A stretch of DNA of 63,417 nt, filler included, from Olpidium bornovanus S191 (GCA_017911155.1; 29 parts of 29 records of this genome joined end to end with filler, not necessarily neighbours in it); one strand, 5' to 3'; positions 12,695 through 23,888 are shown, numbered from the whole stretch's first letter. The notes: a model not told the origin generated them from the letters alone. Translations and numbers: made by a program.

Positions 12695-14305
12695 CATGTA
12701 CGCTGACACGTCGCGCTGCGGCAAAAGCGCCTCGAGGTACTTCCTGACGTTCTTCAGTTCGCGGTCTGCGCCGGAGGCCGCGGACGCCAAGTCGAAGGAC
12801 TTGAGAAGCACGCAATTGTACGGCTGAAGAACGGCCTTTTCCGCCGAATCATCGATAAGAATCGTGTTCGACTGGTCCCACGCCGCGGGCGCGCCTGCCG
12901 GACAGGGGACCTTGTCCCAGACCGCCTGGAGATCTTTTATCGTGACGAGTTTGCTCGAGTACAAGGCCGCGGGGAGGTTGAAGAATGATCTGTCCCAGAC
13001 GGCAATCAGGCGACTGATCGCCCAACTGGGAAAGGCTGCACTGACCATCCGCCTGACGTTCCGCGTCGTCGCGCTGGACCACACCATCACTTCGAAGTTC
13101 ATGAAGAGGTATTCGATAAACTCTCCCAGGTGCGGCCTCAAGCGCCAGTCAAGCAGCTGTCCTGTATCGGGAGCGCGCTTCCGATATATGAGAGTGCCGT
13201 TCAAATCCAGCAGGCACAATTTGCGGTTGGGCTTCGAAAGCTCGCCCGGCGCGCGGAAAGCCTGTGAGAGGTAGGATTTTGATGGACGCGATGCGGATGA
13301 TGTCGACTTGCGTGGACAGAGTTCAGGATCGGCCGTCGAATCCGCTCCTCGCTGTTTAGGAACGGCCGAATGATTCCTGCGGTTCTGCGGATCGGGAGAC
13401 TGTTCTGCGCCGGAGTGTCGTTCGGCGCCGCGCCCTCGGTGGTCCGGCGACCTTTTCGAGGCTGCGGACTGCCGACGAAAAGAGGGCCCGCACCCGTGTC
13501 GAAGGCGGTTTTCGGCCGGGTCTCGGCAATTCCCGCGATCGTACTCTGACGTTTGCGCCTGCGGAGCACGGCGCGCCGCGAGCGGAGACGCGTTGGGCCG
13601 CGGTGAAGGAGGCGACCCGGAGTCGGACTCGACAGCGGGCCTCGACATCGCCGCAAGCGGCGGAGACTGGAGCAACGCTGCCAACAAGCCGCGCGGCGCT
13701 CTCGGCGGCGGCGGCTCGTCACGCGCCGCCGACGACACGGCCGCCGGCACCGGAAAACCGGCCGGGGGCGGAAAAGCGCAGGGGCTCAGCGGCGGCGGCG
13801 GCGGCGCAAACGGGTTTGCCGGCTGCTGCCAGCCCGAAAACGGGGGCCACCAGCCGTCCGAAGGGAGCGGGACGCCGTTGGGGCAGCGCCCGTCTCCCGC
13901 GAACCCCGCCGCCGCCGCTGCCGCCGCGAGCTCGGCGCCGGTCGGCAGCGCAAAGGGCGGAAATGCCCCGAATCCGGACCAGCCAGCGGGGTAGTCCATC
14001 AGCCCCAGCTGCGGGCCGGCGGCGCCCGCCAGCGCCGGCGGCGGCCGTCCAAACCAGGCGCCGCCTCCGCCTCCGGCCTGTAATAGTCCCGAAGGCTCGC
14101 AGAGCAGGCCATCAAGGGCAAACCCTCCTCCAGCTGGGCTGCTGCCGGCGGGGCGACGAACGCCGGGCAAGTAACCGGCGACGGGCTGCTGGAATGCGCC
14201 GCCGCTTAAAGCCGGAGCACGAGAGGCGGCGTTGCGGCCGCCGCAGCCCACTGCTCGCCCTGCTCCCTCCCAAGCGTCCTTGACCAGGCTTGCCTGGTCG
14301 AGCAT
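12695..14305 (-). CDS. NIF/FCP1-like HAD-superfamily phosphatase-domain protein, 3'-truncated at the contig end
   Basis: A long Pro/Ala/Gly-rich N-terminus precedes LCLLDLNGTLIYR, RPHLGEFIEYL, VMVWSSA, KDLQAVW and NTILIDDSAEKA. First ATG is at 14305. Confidence 0.85.
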
Positions 14306-14774
14306 GGCGGCTCGTTCGGAACGGCTGCGGGCGACTGCGGGCGGATATCGGTGGCGGACGGGCCGGGGCGCCAAACAGGACAAGTAGCCTGCGGTCACGT
14401 GACACCAGAGTTTTTAAGAGGCGCGGCAAGCACGTGACACGCGCGATTTGTTACGTTCAGCTCAACGTTCTCTCGTGTATTTGCTATGGTTGACGGTTAC
14501 AGCAGGGAGGTGCCGGGCGGTCAAAAAGCAAAAGAAAAAGGGGGGGGGGGCACAAACGAGGGCGCATATCTGAACACTCCCCCTCGCCCGAGTGATCCGT
14601 ACGGCAACTACAAGAGTCCAAGTGCGCTACGGTGACGTTCGAATTCACGTCGAGATAGGGCCTTCGTGAGGCTANNNNNNNNNNNNNNNNNNNNNNNNNN
14701 NNNNNNNNNNNNNNNNNNTTAATTAATTAANNNNNNNNNNNNNNNNNNNNNNNNNNNNNNNNNNNNNNNNNNNN

Positions 14775-15812
14775 AACAGTATGTTCTCCGACTCCTCGAG
14801 CGGACACACCATACAACCTGTAATCCAGTCTCTACTCCACTCGAGCCTGATGCAATCCGGATTCTTTCCCCGCGCTCGGATACCGCGTCAACTTTCGAGC
14901 AGCGACGATACCGCGAATTGATTGGCAGTATACTCTATCTTGCCACGTGCACCAGGCCAGATATCGCCACGGCCACGAATTTTCTGTGTCGATTCATGTC
15001 CAATCCCTCGAATGGCCATTGGCACGCCTTGAAGCGGATGTTGAAGTACTTGAGAGGAAGGTCAAATTACGACCTATTGTTTCCTAACTCACCCGTTTCG
15101 GATTCTCTTCCGTTGAACCGTCTTGTGGGATATTCCGATAGCGGCTATGCTAATGATCCCGTCACACGACACTCAATAACGGGCTTTGTCTTATTCCACA
15201 ACGGCTCCTGTGTTGCTTGGAAATCGACAAAGCAATCGGCAATCACTTTGTCCTCAACAGAAGCAGAACTCGTTGCCGCATCGGTCGCCACTCAGGAAAT
15301 AGTTTGAGTACGCTCAATTCTGGATGATCTCGGGATTGTTGAGGAAATCCCACGCCTTCACATCGACAACCGTGGAGCGATTCACCTTGCTTCGAATGAG
15401 AAACAGGTCGGCCAACGCTCGAAACACATTCATGTAAAGCATCTTTTTGTCCGAGAACAAGTCCATTCACGACACCTTGAGATTGCTCCTGTGTCAACAG
15501 CTGAGAATGTTGCAGATATATTCACCAAGGGATTGCCCCGCCCAGCTTTTCTCGGGCATCGACGAACCCTTGGCGTATTTCCTGTTACATCAATCTGATT
15601 TCTCTCCTTTCTTCCGCCTATGTAAATCTCCATTTTATTCTCTCCCGATTTTCTTTGCGAGGAGGAGTGTTGGAATTTCTCCTTTTCTTTTCTTCCTTCT
15701 CGTTTAGGTCCCCGGCGGTTAGTCAGAACCCCTTAATGTTTCAGTCCTTATAACGCGTAAAATCCCTTGTACAATACAGCGCCCCCCCGTGGCGAAAACA
15801 CATAACTTAACA
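14775..15812 (+). mobile_element. 3' part of a Ty1/copia LTR retrotransposon (RT end, RNase H, PPT, 3' LTR), inactivated
   Basis: Reads YRELIGSILYLATCTRPDIA, HWHALKRMLKYLRG, GYSDSGYANDP, WKSTKQSAITLSSTEAE, IDNRGAIHLA and NVADIFTKGL. There is a +1 frameshift in the T-run near 14864 and an in-frame TGA at 15305-15307 (W position). The PPT is GAGGAGGAG at 15659-15667. Confidence 0.95.
15668..15812 (+). repeat. putative 145-bp 3' LTR of the copia element
   Basis: Starts TGTTGGAAT directly after the PPT and ends CTTAACA, giving TGTT/AACA inverted ends. The 3' end is inferred because no second LTR is on the contig. Confidence 0.7.
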
Positions 15813-18109
15813 CGCCGCCGCGTTCTCGTTCATGGTGTACCGATACCGGGCGTATGTCCCACCGGGCGCCCGCCGCCAAATGATGGGCCACCGCCAGGTC
15901 ATCAATGCCTCCGCCGCTAAACGACCGCAGAAAAGGACGCCAGACAATTTTCGCGACGCGTTGGACGGCGACGACGATCGATCATTCAACGATGACGAAG
16001 ACCGCTATGCCGACGGGAGCCGCGCGAATGACCCTCCGCGGGAGGGCCGATGGTTCTGGATGCATCGCGACATCGGGCAATTCAATGAGGATGGACCCGT
16101 CGGAGTGTTGTCGGGGACCCCGGCGGACGGCCAGCAGATGGACGTGGGGTGAAGCCGACCGTGGCGTCGATGGTGCCGTCGATGCTGTCGGAAAAAAGGG
16201 GGGGGGCTGGACATCTCGTCGGGTGAGGAGAGCCCGGATCGAGACCATCAAAAAAGGTCTCTCGTGTCCTCATCGAGAGGGACTACCCACGCAGCTGGCC
16301 GCCGCCTTGTTTGGCTGCTGGGCGTTGCGTTCCTTTTTTTTCGTCTCTCATCCTTCTCGTTGACCATCAGTCGCGCGCACACCTTGTGCCTTGCTTCCTT
16401 CACGGCATTGCTTGTAGCACTTGTGGAGGTTTTACCTTCTTTCCTCCCTCTTGTGTTTTCCTTCCTTTCTTTTTTTTCTTTTTTATCTCTTCCTTCCTGT
16501 TTTTGTCTTTCTTCTTTCTCCTGGCGGGCCGTTGGCCGCGTCAGGAGAGGGGGCGGGTTGTCGGAGAAATACGGGTGCCCCCCTTTTAGTCACGTGCGCG
16601 TGTTGCGCATCGAAAATACCGTTGATCGCACGTAGTATAGCGACTGTCCACCGACGAAAATAATAAAAAACAAGGAGAGAAGATCGGTCCCTGGTTTTTT
16701 TCCCGGACGCCCTGCGACCGCGACAGGCCACGATGGACTGTCAGCCCGCTCCTTGGGCCGGGGCGAAACGACGGTGCTCGGCTTCTTTGAGGCCAGTTCG
16801 GTGCGCTCGACGGAACGTTTGAAGAGGTCATCGAAGACAAGTGCGGTTCCGCGCCAAGTATTGTGTACCTCTTCTTACTCCCTCGGGGAAGAACCGCCCC
16901 GCCGCGAGAGCACCACCGTGCAGCAAAGGCCCCCGCCATCCCGTCTCCCCTGCCATCCCTACCGAGAGGGGCTTGTACTCTCGATAACGGCCACTACTTC
17001 TCTGCGCCGCACTGCCTTCCGCAGCTGTTGCTTGGACATGNNNNNNNNNNNNNNNNNNNNNNNNNNNNNNNNNNNNNNNNNNNNTTAATTAATTAANNNN
17101 NNNNNNNNNNNNNNNNNNNNNNNNNNNNNNNNNNNNNNNNCGCGCCACATCCGAGGCCGCCGTCGCCGCTGGCGACGACCGGACAAAGTAGAACTGGTGA
17201 GTTGATTTCAATCCATTCTCGTTTCGGTATATGTGCGCCGCAATTAGTTCTCCGTGAGCCCCCGGGTACGGTGCTCTAACCCATGCCCGAACCCCACTCT
17301 TAAATCCGTGGGAAACCCAAAAGTTATTTGTTATATTTATTATTTTTATTGTTTTGTTATTTATTTATCTTTCACTTGGAACTACAAAACTCCTGATCCC
17401 GGGCAACCCGGTACGTAGGCAGCGTAGGCAGCCGACGCTTCGGAAGTCCCCGCCCTCGACATCCGCTCCCCAAGCCGGCTCCCTTCCGTTCTCTTTGTGC
17501 GCCTCGTCTTCGTTTCTGTGGATTCACGCCCGCTCGCTCGAGCCTGCTGCCCATCCGTTCTGTGTGTGCGCCTCGTCTTTTCTTCTTTTCTGGGGACCCG
17601 GAAGCATCCTGTACGAAGGTCTGGTCCCGGACGCACCGAACGAATAAAACGGAAAACGGCCATGAAGAGAAATTTGGTTATTACTGCACGTGCAATGATT
17701 ATGATTCATTGTTCCTTCATGTCCGTGTTAGGCTCCGGCGCAGTCATTTCCCGGACAACGTCGACGCTGATGGCGTTCTTTAACGACCCAATATTCTGTG
17801 GCCCCATGGTATAGCCCGCTTTCACCGTTCTTTTGTATGTAGCGGCGGTCTGCGGATTTCGATCTGGTGGGAACGTACAGCGCGGACGGCGTGTCGGTGC
17901 CAAACAAAGGCGGGGCGTGTGTGTTGTGAACAGCTCAATGCGCTTATACAGGTCACGTGATCAACCCGCACTTTTGCGCGTACGCAACGGTGGTAAGCAG
18001 GACCGGCCCCACACAGCCGCGAAATGGAGCCGACTCGTTATCGGCGCCGACGACGTCGGCCGGCTGTTTACGTCCTACCACACTTCTTTACCTGGCCAAA
18101 AAAATTTTA

Positions 18110-18594
18110 CCTGATATGTATTTTTCCTTCACCTTCCCCGGGCACCGCAGCGCATGACCATCCAAGAGACATTAAAACGTCATCAAACATGCGTGATGGA
18201 CCTTTTCCACAAACACCATGTTGTTGCCGATGCCGAGTGCTTAACACTTTTCGTGAACGTTTGGTTCCGCTGATCTGACCCCCATAAATTAAGCCCCATA
18301 ACTTGTTACTTTCTATAAAGAACTGGACTAAAATTAGGAAGGTAAGGGCCGGCCTGCAGTAGTTTCATGTGCGAAGACTCACCTGGCAGGCCATGATGCA
18401 CCAGCCAAGGAGCGAGGCGCCAGGCCGAAGCGTCGAGGCGTCCGCGCGGAATGCCGTGGAGTAAAAGGCTGTTCATGTCCAACGTCGCCTCCGGGGCCCT
18501 GACCCGCCATTCATAGCTTCCGTATTGCATCCCGTGCGTCTTGCCGAAGTCGGGCGCCTCCCGGCAGGAAAGTCGCACTCGCGAGGACCCAAAA
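18110..18594 (-). CDS. exons of an unidentified multi-exon gene
   Basis: GMQYGSYEWRVRAP...HHGLP-|gtgag and ttttag|...VQFFIESNKLWGLIYGG... join in frame, and the frame stays open to an AG|gt donor near 18110. Confidence 0.35.
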
Positions 18595-19449
18595 NNNNNN
18601 NNNNNNNNNNNNNNNNNNNNNNNNNNNNNNNNNNNNNNTTAATTAATTAANNNNNNNNNNNNNNNNNNNNNNNNNNNNNNNNNNNNNNNNNNNNCGGGAG
18701 CAGCCGTTCTGAACGCGTCCTGTTTCGCGATTTATTCCGAGCGCCGGCCAACGCGGAAAACGTATTACACATCAAAAATCAGGGAAGCTGCAACTGGCGG
18801 TACACCGTCATCATGGTTGAAGTTTCGATGCGCCTTGTTCACCAAAACCATAATCTCTGCTGACACTCTGGAATTCCGGAGAAAGATGGGGCCGCGCCGT
18901 AAACGAGGACGGGTGCACCGCAGTCTCTGGGCTCGACGTTGGTCGAAAACATCCTGGAAGTCATCGAGCGGGTGTTATTTATCCTTGGGGCTGCCCCAGG
19001 TTAATTGGTAAAATGAATATGTTGGTTTAATATTGTGGCTCAATAAGCATTCCACAATCACCATCTGGTTGCATCTCATAATTTATCATCTATTAGTATT
19101 TATGGTATAATCTATAATATTTGCACTGTTCCATATACACTGAGTTTCCTCGTGTGTTTAGCTGGCTTTCTCATATCTCTGGGCGGGGCGGCTGGATAGT
19201 CTGGTGGAACATCCTTCCGTCGGAAGGATTATTTGTCTTTCTGTGCTTCCCGCGCCTTACTTCGGTGCCGCCAGAAGCTGCGAAATGGAGTACCTGTGCG
19301 AGTTGTTTGGCGAATCAAGCACAAAAAAGAAAAATCAGCGGGGCTGGCATGTTTTTTGAGAACCTTCCCCCCACCCTCCCCAAGAGAAGACAGGGGGGAC
19401 GCAACAGGCTGCAAAACCACCAAAGCGGCGAACAACAACAAAAAAGTAC

Positions 19450-20228
19450 CTGAGCGGCCCATTCTGCTGTTTGTCGGGTGGCGGCCGAGAACCGCTTGTT
19501 TCGCTTCCCGTCAATGACGCAGCCGACGACCCACGCAACACTGAGAAGCGGCGCCACCTCCCCGTTTGGGAATGTCTCGGCCAAATCCCTGGGGGGGGGT
19601 GGGGGGGGAGGGGGGGGGGGGGGGGGTGGGAAGAAGTAGGGGCCAAGTCAGGTCTTCCAATTCCGTCGATTGGACGCGTGAGGCGCGTCTCCTTCCGCTG
19701 CAGAGCTTCCTTTCGCCTTCGCAAACGGGAAGTGTGCAAAAAAAGAAACGGAACTGACCCCAGCATTCCTAATGTGTTTCCTGGTCAATTTATTTGCCCG
19801 GCCGTCGCCACAAAGAAAAAAGGAAGAGAACGAAAGAAAAAAAAATGTTGTCATTAAAATTTGTTCATACCACCCCCACCTCCCCCCCACCGTCCATCCT
19901 CCCGCCCCGGGCAGGGAGAACCTACGCATCAGAAGGTCGCCTGGCGGCCGCGAAGTGTAGATATCACGCAGAAACTCAACCATCCGGGGCACGTGCGGGC
20001 GGAGCATATGAGCTGGGAAGTAAGAAACGCCCGCGCGGGCAAGGGAGAGGAGTGTGAATGCCACGCAGATCCTAGAAAAAAAAAAGGCTGGCCATCCTAC
20101 TCCCGTCACCCTCCTCGGCCTACCTTTTCCTCCTTCGCGCATGCCTTGGATGATTCCGATGTATGCGTCTATGATCGCCGCGTGTAGATCACAGATGTAC
20201 TCGACGCTGTCTGGATCAAACTTTCAAC
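19450..20228 (-). CDS. KAP95: C-terminal exons of importin subunit beta-1 (Kap95/KPNB1)
   Basis: Exons splice to VEYICDLHAAIIDAYIGIIQGMREGGK / AHMLRPHVPRMVEFLRDIY...LLM / RNTLGMLG / DLAETFPNGEVAPLL...TAEWAAQ, matching the last HEAT repeats of fungal importin beta. Confidence 0.85.
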
Positions 20229-20522
20229 CCCCCCCCCCCCCCCCCCCCCGTCCATCCTCCCGCCCCGGGCAGGGAGAACCTACGCATCAGAAGGTCGCCT
20301 GGCGGCCNNNNNNNNNNNNNNNNNNNNNNNNNNNNNNNNNNNNNNNNNNNNTTAATTAATTAANNNNNNNNNNNNNNNNNNNNNNNNNNNNNNNNNNNNN
20401 NNNNNNNCAAAAAATACATAGAACGGGAGCAATTTGTCTTTTCGATCGTCCCTCGAATACAATCAAGTCTATATACAAAACGAAAATGGAAAGAAGAAAA
20501 CGAGGGGTTTCGATGCGCGGTT

Positions 20523-21994
20523 TCATGACGGTGTCGGGGTCTTGGAGCCGACGGGCTTGCCTTCGTTCGTTTCGAGTTTCGCCTCGAGGTCAATGCGCTC
20601 CTTTGCCCGAAAGACCTTCGCTTGGAGGTAGGGAGAGCCGCCTTGCGACTGCTCGTTGGCTCGGAAAAGGTGCTCGTATTTCTGCGCGGATGAGAAGACG
20701 GCGGTGGCGGGTTACAGGTGATAAGCGGGCGCAACGAGCAAATTCGGCCCGAAAAATCCTTCAATATGCCCAAAGGGCGGGGAAAAACGCGGACAGACGC
20801 ACGGGAGCGCCGGACTAACCTTGTTTATCTCCTGCACGTCCGAGTCTTTTCGGACGTTGAGAATCTGTCGCGCCTCTTCTATCGTCATGCCCGTTTGTCG
20901 TGTCAGATTCGACGCAGTTCGGGGCGCCGCATTCGCCGCCGCGTTCTTGCTACTTTGTGCGGCATCTACGCGCGGTCGGGTGTGGCGCGAAAACAAGCAA
21001 CTATCCGAGTCAGTTGACACCTTCCTTTGCGAGCGGAGGTCACAGACGAAAGGGGGTGGTGCTGCACTGCACTCCTTGATGAAAAAACAATCTTAATCAA
21101 GGAAATCTAATTCCTCCCGCCCGCGCGGGGCATTTAACAGTCCCGGCACAACCGTACGCGCGCCGGCACACCCGCTTCCAAGTATCGACTGAGCGCAAAC
21201 CGGGATGTGCCCCGACGATGTCGGCTGCAGCCGCGAGTTGGAGCGCAGCAAGCTCCCGATCGTCGCCGCAAAATTAGCCTCCGCTGGAACAACGATACCA
21301 TTAGCACGCGGCAAAAGGCCTTCCCGGCATGCTGCCTAAAGCCGGCGCCTGGCTTTCCGGGTCGGCCCAAGTACCCTGAAAAGCCAGAACTGGAAGTCGA
21401 AAGCTTCTTCCCCTCCCCCTTTCTTCCCACTGTCGCCAAGGCCGTCAAGCTCCGGCCACTCACTGATTGCGGCCTGCTTGTACGCTGCAGCAAACGCCTT
21501 CGCAAGGATCGTGCCTCCCGCTATAATAATCTGCACAATTATTCTGGGCGCTGACTGGTTCCGTTCGCAGCACAGTAGAAGGGGACGTTTCGAACGGGCA
21601 GCGCGGGAAAGCACCGGAAACACCGGGAGGAGTGCCAACGTGAAAACAGAGCGAAAACTCGTCAGGCGTGTGAACCAGGAGCCAAACCAAGTTCTTTTTC
21701 TTTTTCTTCTGTATTTTCTCCCGGCCGCCACTAAAACGCGCAGCGCAAAAAAAAAAAACCCCCCACAAAAACGTGCACGCTCCTGTCGTCGAAAAACAGC
21801 CTGCCCCCCCCTGCCCCCCTCCCCGCCATGTTCTTCTCCCGCCTCTTTTCCTTCCCCCGTTCAGTCGGTCTCTTCGGGCGGGCCCGCAGGCGAGGAGGCG
21901 GGGGGCGCCTTTCGCGCCCGCAACCTTCCCCGCCCAACCCCGATTTTCAGTGGGCGGGGGGGGACCAGCGGCCGAACGGCAACGAGCGTACCAT
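20523..21994 (-). CDS. PAM16: mitochondrial import motor J-like subunit Pam16/Tim16, four exons
   Basis: Spliced reading: M|[30 protein letters not shown]|N...[13 protein letters not shown]...|[30 protein letters not shown]. Stop is at 20523. The 3-nt first exon (ATG|gt at 21994) is my best guess. Confidence 0.93.
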
Positions 21995-22157
21995 TTGCGA
22001 GCGGGTCGCCGCAGGCGGTCCTGAGATGGGGCAAGGGACAAGGCGGACGGGAGAGTTTTGTTGGTTTTGAGGAGGGGAAAAGGGGGAGGAGGAGGAGGAA
22101 GCGGGCGTGCGCGTGTGGGGCGGGCGGCGGGTGTTGGTTTTTTCGATTTTTTTTTTT

Positions 22158-22189
<32 letters not shown>

Positions 22190-22582
22190 CCTTTTTTTTT
22201 TTTTTTTTTTTTTTTGTTTTCGAGGAGGGCTGCGCGGCGGCGGCCCCTGCACCCCTCCCTCAACATAAAACGGCGCGTGGGCAATTTGGACATCCCCGTT
22301 TTGCGCTTTTTCCCCTGTGCCGCTGGTAACACGGCGGCAGCGCTGAGAAGTGAGAAGTTCTTCCGCAGTCGTAGGCTAATTCCAGAAGACGTCTAAGTAA
22401 CTCTACACGGTAGAGGAAAACGGTTCGCGGGCGTTGGCTTTTGTGGGGCAACATCTCGCCGTGTGGACGCGCGCTAACCGCCACACCCCTGCCCGATTGC
22501 AGCACGACAGGAAACAAGCCCCAACGTTATAACATTACCTGTTGGAATGGCTTCGCAGGGCGAGCCAGACACCTGGTGAATA

Positions 22583-22654
22583 GGGCAGATAGCTCAGTTG
22601 GTATAGCGTCCCTCCGGGAAAGGGAAGGTCCCGAGTCGACCCTCGGTTGGCCCA
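22583..22654 (+). tRNA. tRNA-like sequence in LTR1 (anticodon loop CCGGGAA; 1-nt T-loop deletion)
   Basis: GGGCAGA TA GCTC AGTTGGTA TAGC G TCCCT CCGGGAA AGGGA AGGTC CCGAG TCGACC CTCGG TTGGCCC A. Confidence 0.75.
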
Positions 22655-22806
22655 CGTTTGATGCGCAACAGCTTATGAGCCCAATCGTGACTTTGTCCCC
22701 CCGATTATGGTTGCGCGGGTGGCCTAGCCCTGTTGACAGCAGTAGATGCCTGGCTAAATGGGGGTGTTGGAATGGTTTTGCAGGCGAGCCAGACACCTGG
22801 TGAATA

Positions 22807-22879
22807 GGGCACATAGCTCCGTTGGTAGAGTGTCCCTCTGGGAAAGGGAAGGTCCCGAGTTCGACCCTCGGTTGGCCCA
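22807..22879 (+). tRNA. 73-nt tRNA-like sequence in LTR2 (anticodon GGG, Pro-like), followed by TTTT
   Basis: GGGCACA TA GCTC CGTTGGTA GAGT G TCCCT CTGGGAA AGGGA AGGTC CCGAG TTCGACC CTCGG TTGGCCC A. The anticodon and T stems are perfect; the acceptor stem has 2 mismatches. Confidence 0.8.
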
Positions 22880-23888
22880 CTTTTGATGCGCAACACAGCA
22901 CGACAGGAAACAGGCCCCAACGTTATAACATTACCATCACCCGAACACCATTGAAGTCCAATGAAACAAGGTCGTCCCACTGGCTCACCGGCAATCCTGA
23001 ATTAGATCGACTCTAAGATATGATGCTTCTTTGTGCGGCTCCCACTTATTTTGTCGGAAAAAAGCACGATGAGGATTAGGATGACCGGTAACGGCTGCAA
23101 TTTTACGGGGTTTCCGGCGAGAAGGGTGTCTCTGAGATGCAGAAAGGAGCGGTTTCATCGTCCCATCACTCAAAGGTGATCGTAAAAGGGTAGAGTATCA
23201 GAAATCTTACAAGGATAACGAGAACAGGCTCATCATGTGCTCACACCAGGTTCTTGCGAAGCAATCAAGCATATTCCATAATCCCGCCTGTCGGGTATGT
23301 TGCAAATCATAAAATGAGCCTCGTTTCATCGCCGGCAGTCATAAATCTGATTGGNNNNNNNNNNNNNNNNNNNNNNNNNNNNNNNNNNNNNNNNNNNNTT
23401 AATTAATTAANNNNNNNNNNNNNNNNNNNNNNNNNNNNNNNNNNNNNNNNNNNNCCCGCCCCAAGCGGCGGGTGGGCCCGTTTGATCATGCCGCTTTCGG
23501 CTCGCCGGATGCGCATCACACTGGTGCCGTAGCAAAGCGAACACCGAATGCCGGGCAGCCGCGGCCGATCGGCACACCTGCGGGCCGCGGCCGGCATTTA
23601 CGTTTCATAACGTTCCGGCCAACCACTCCCGTGTCACTCTGCAGGAGCGGCGATACCACGGGAAACCGTAAGCGGATAACGGTGGGGCGGCCTCCACTTT
23701 CTGCTTCAGATGCGCCGAGAAGTCAATGCTGACTCCCAGGGCATGAAAAGAACGGCAGGCCGCAAAACGACTGCTCCTTCGGCCTCCGCGCACCCTATCA
23801 CAGCTAAAACGAGGTACTTTAAGCCGTTGTTTTTAGCGTGTAGGAGTGGTAGGGGTGGAGGGGATGGTGGGCGGGAGAGGGCCGGCAG

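Larger units (their letters stand above)
22540..22895 (+). mobile_element. TRIM-like non-autonomous LTR retroelement (356 bp) with tRNA-containing LTRs
   Basis: LTR1 is 22540-22670 and LTR2 is 22765-22895. Both are 131 bp, run TGTTG...CAACA and differ at 10 positions. The 94-bp non-coding internal region begins GCTTATGAGCCC (PBS) and ends AAATGGGGG (PPT). A 40-bp direct repeat flanks the element. Confidence 0.9.
22500..22935 (+). repeat. 40-bp direct repeat flanking the TRIM (22500-22539 and 22896-22935)
   Basis: CAGCACGACAGGAAACA(A/G)GCCCCAACGTTATAACATTACC, 39/40 identical, abutting both LTR ends exactly. Confidence 0.92.

Noticed and set aside
18480-18560. GH16 glucanase guess for YGSYEWRVRAP
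   Set aside because: No EIDIE/ExDxE catalytic motif was found in the downstream exons.
20249-20307. 59-nt duplicate of 19891-19949 upstream in the importin beta gene (apparent exon-end duplication)
   Set aside because: It is identical, sits at the contig end and is joined through a long poly-C run; most likely a homopolymer-mediated misassembly.
20575-20640. Apparent frameshift in the last Pam16 exon suggested by the ORF track
   Set aside because: Re-reading from the cag acceptor gives a continuous [16 protein letters not shown] frame; the gene is intact.
22500-22935. CRISPR-like or simple tandem tRNA-gene interpretation of the repeat-spacer-repeat structure
   Set aside because: The context is eukaryotic, with only two 131-bp repeats. 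The TG...CA termini, PBS and PPT positions fit an LTR element far better.
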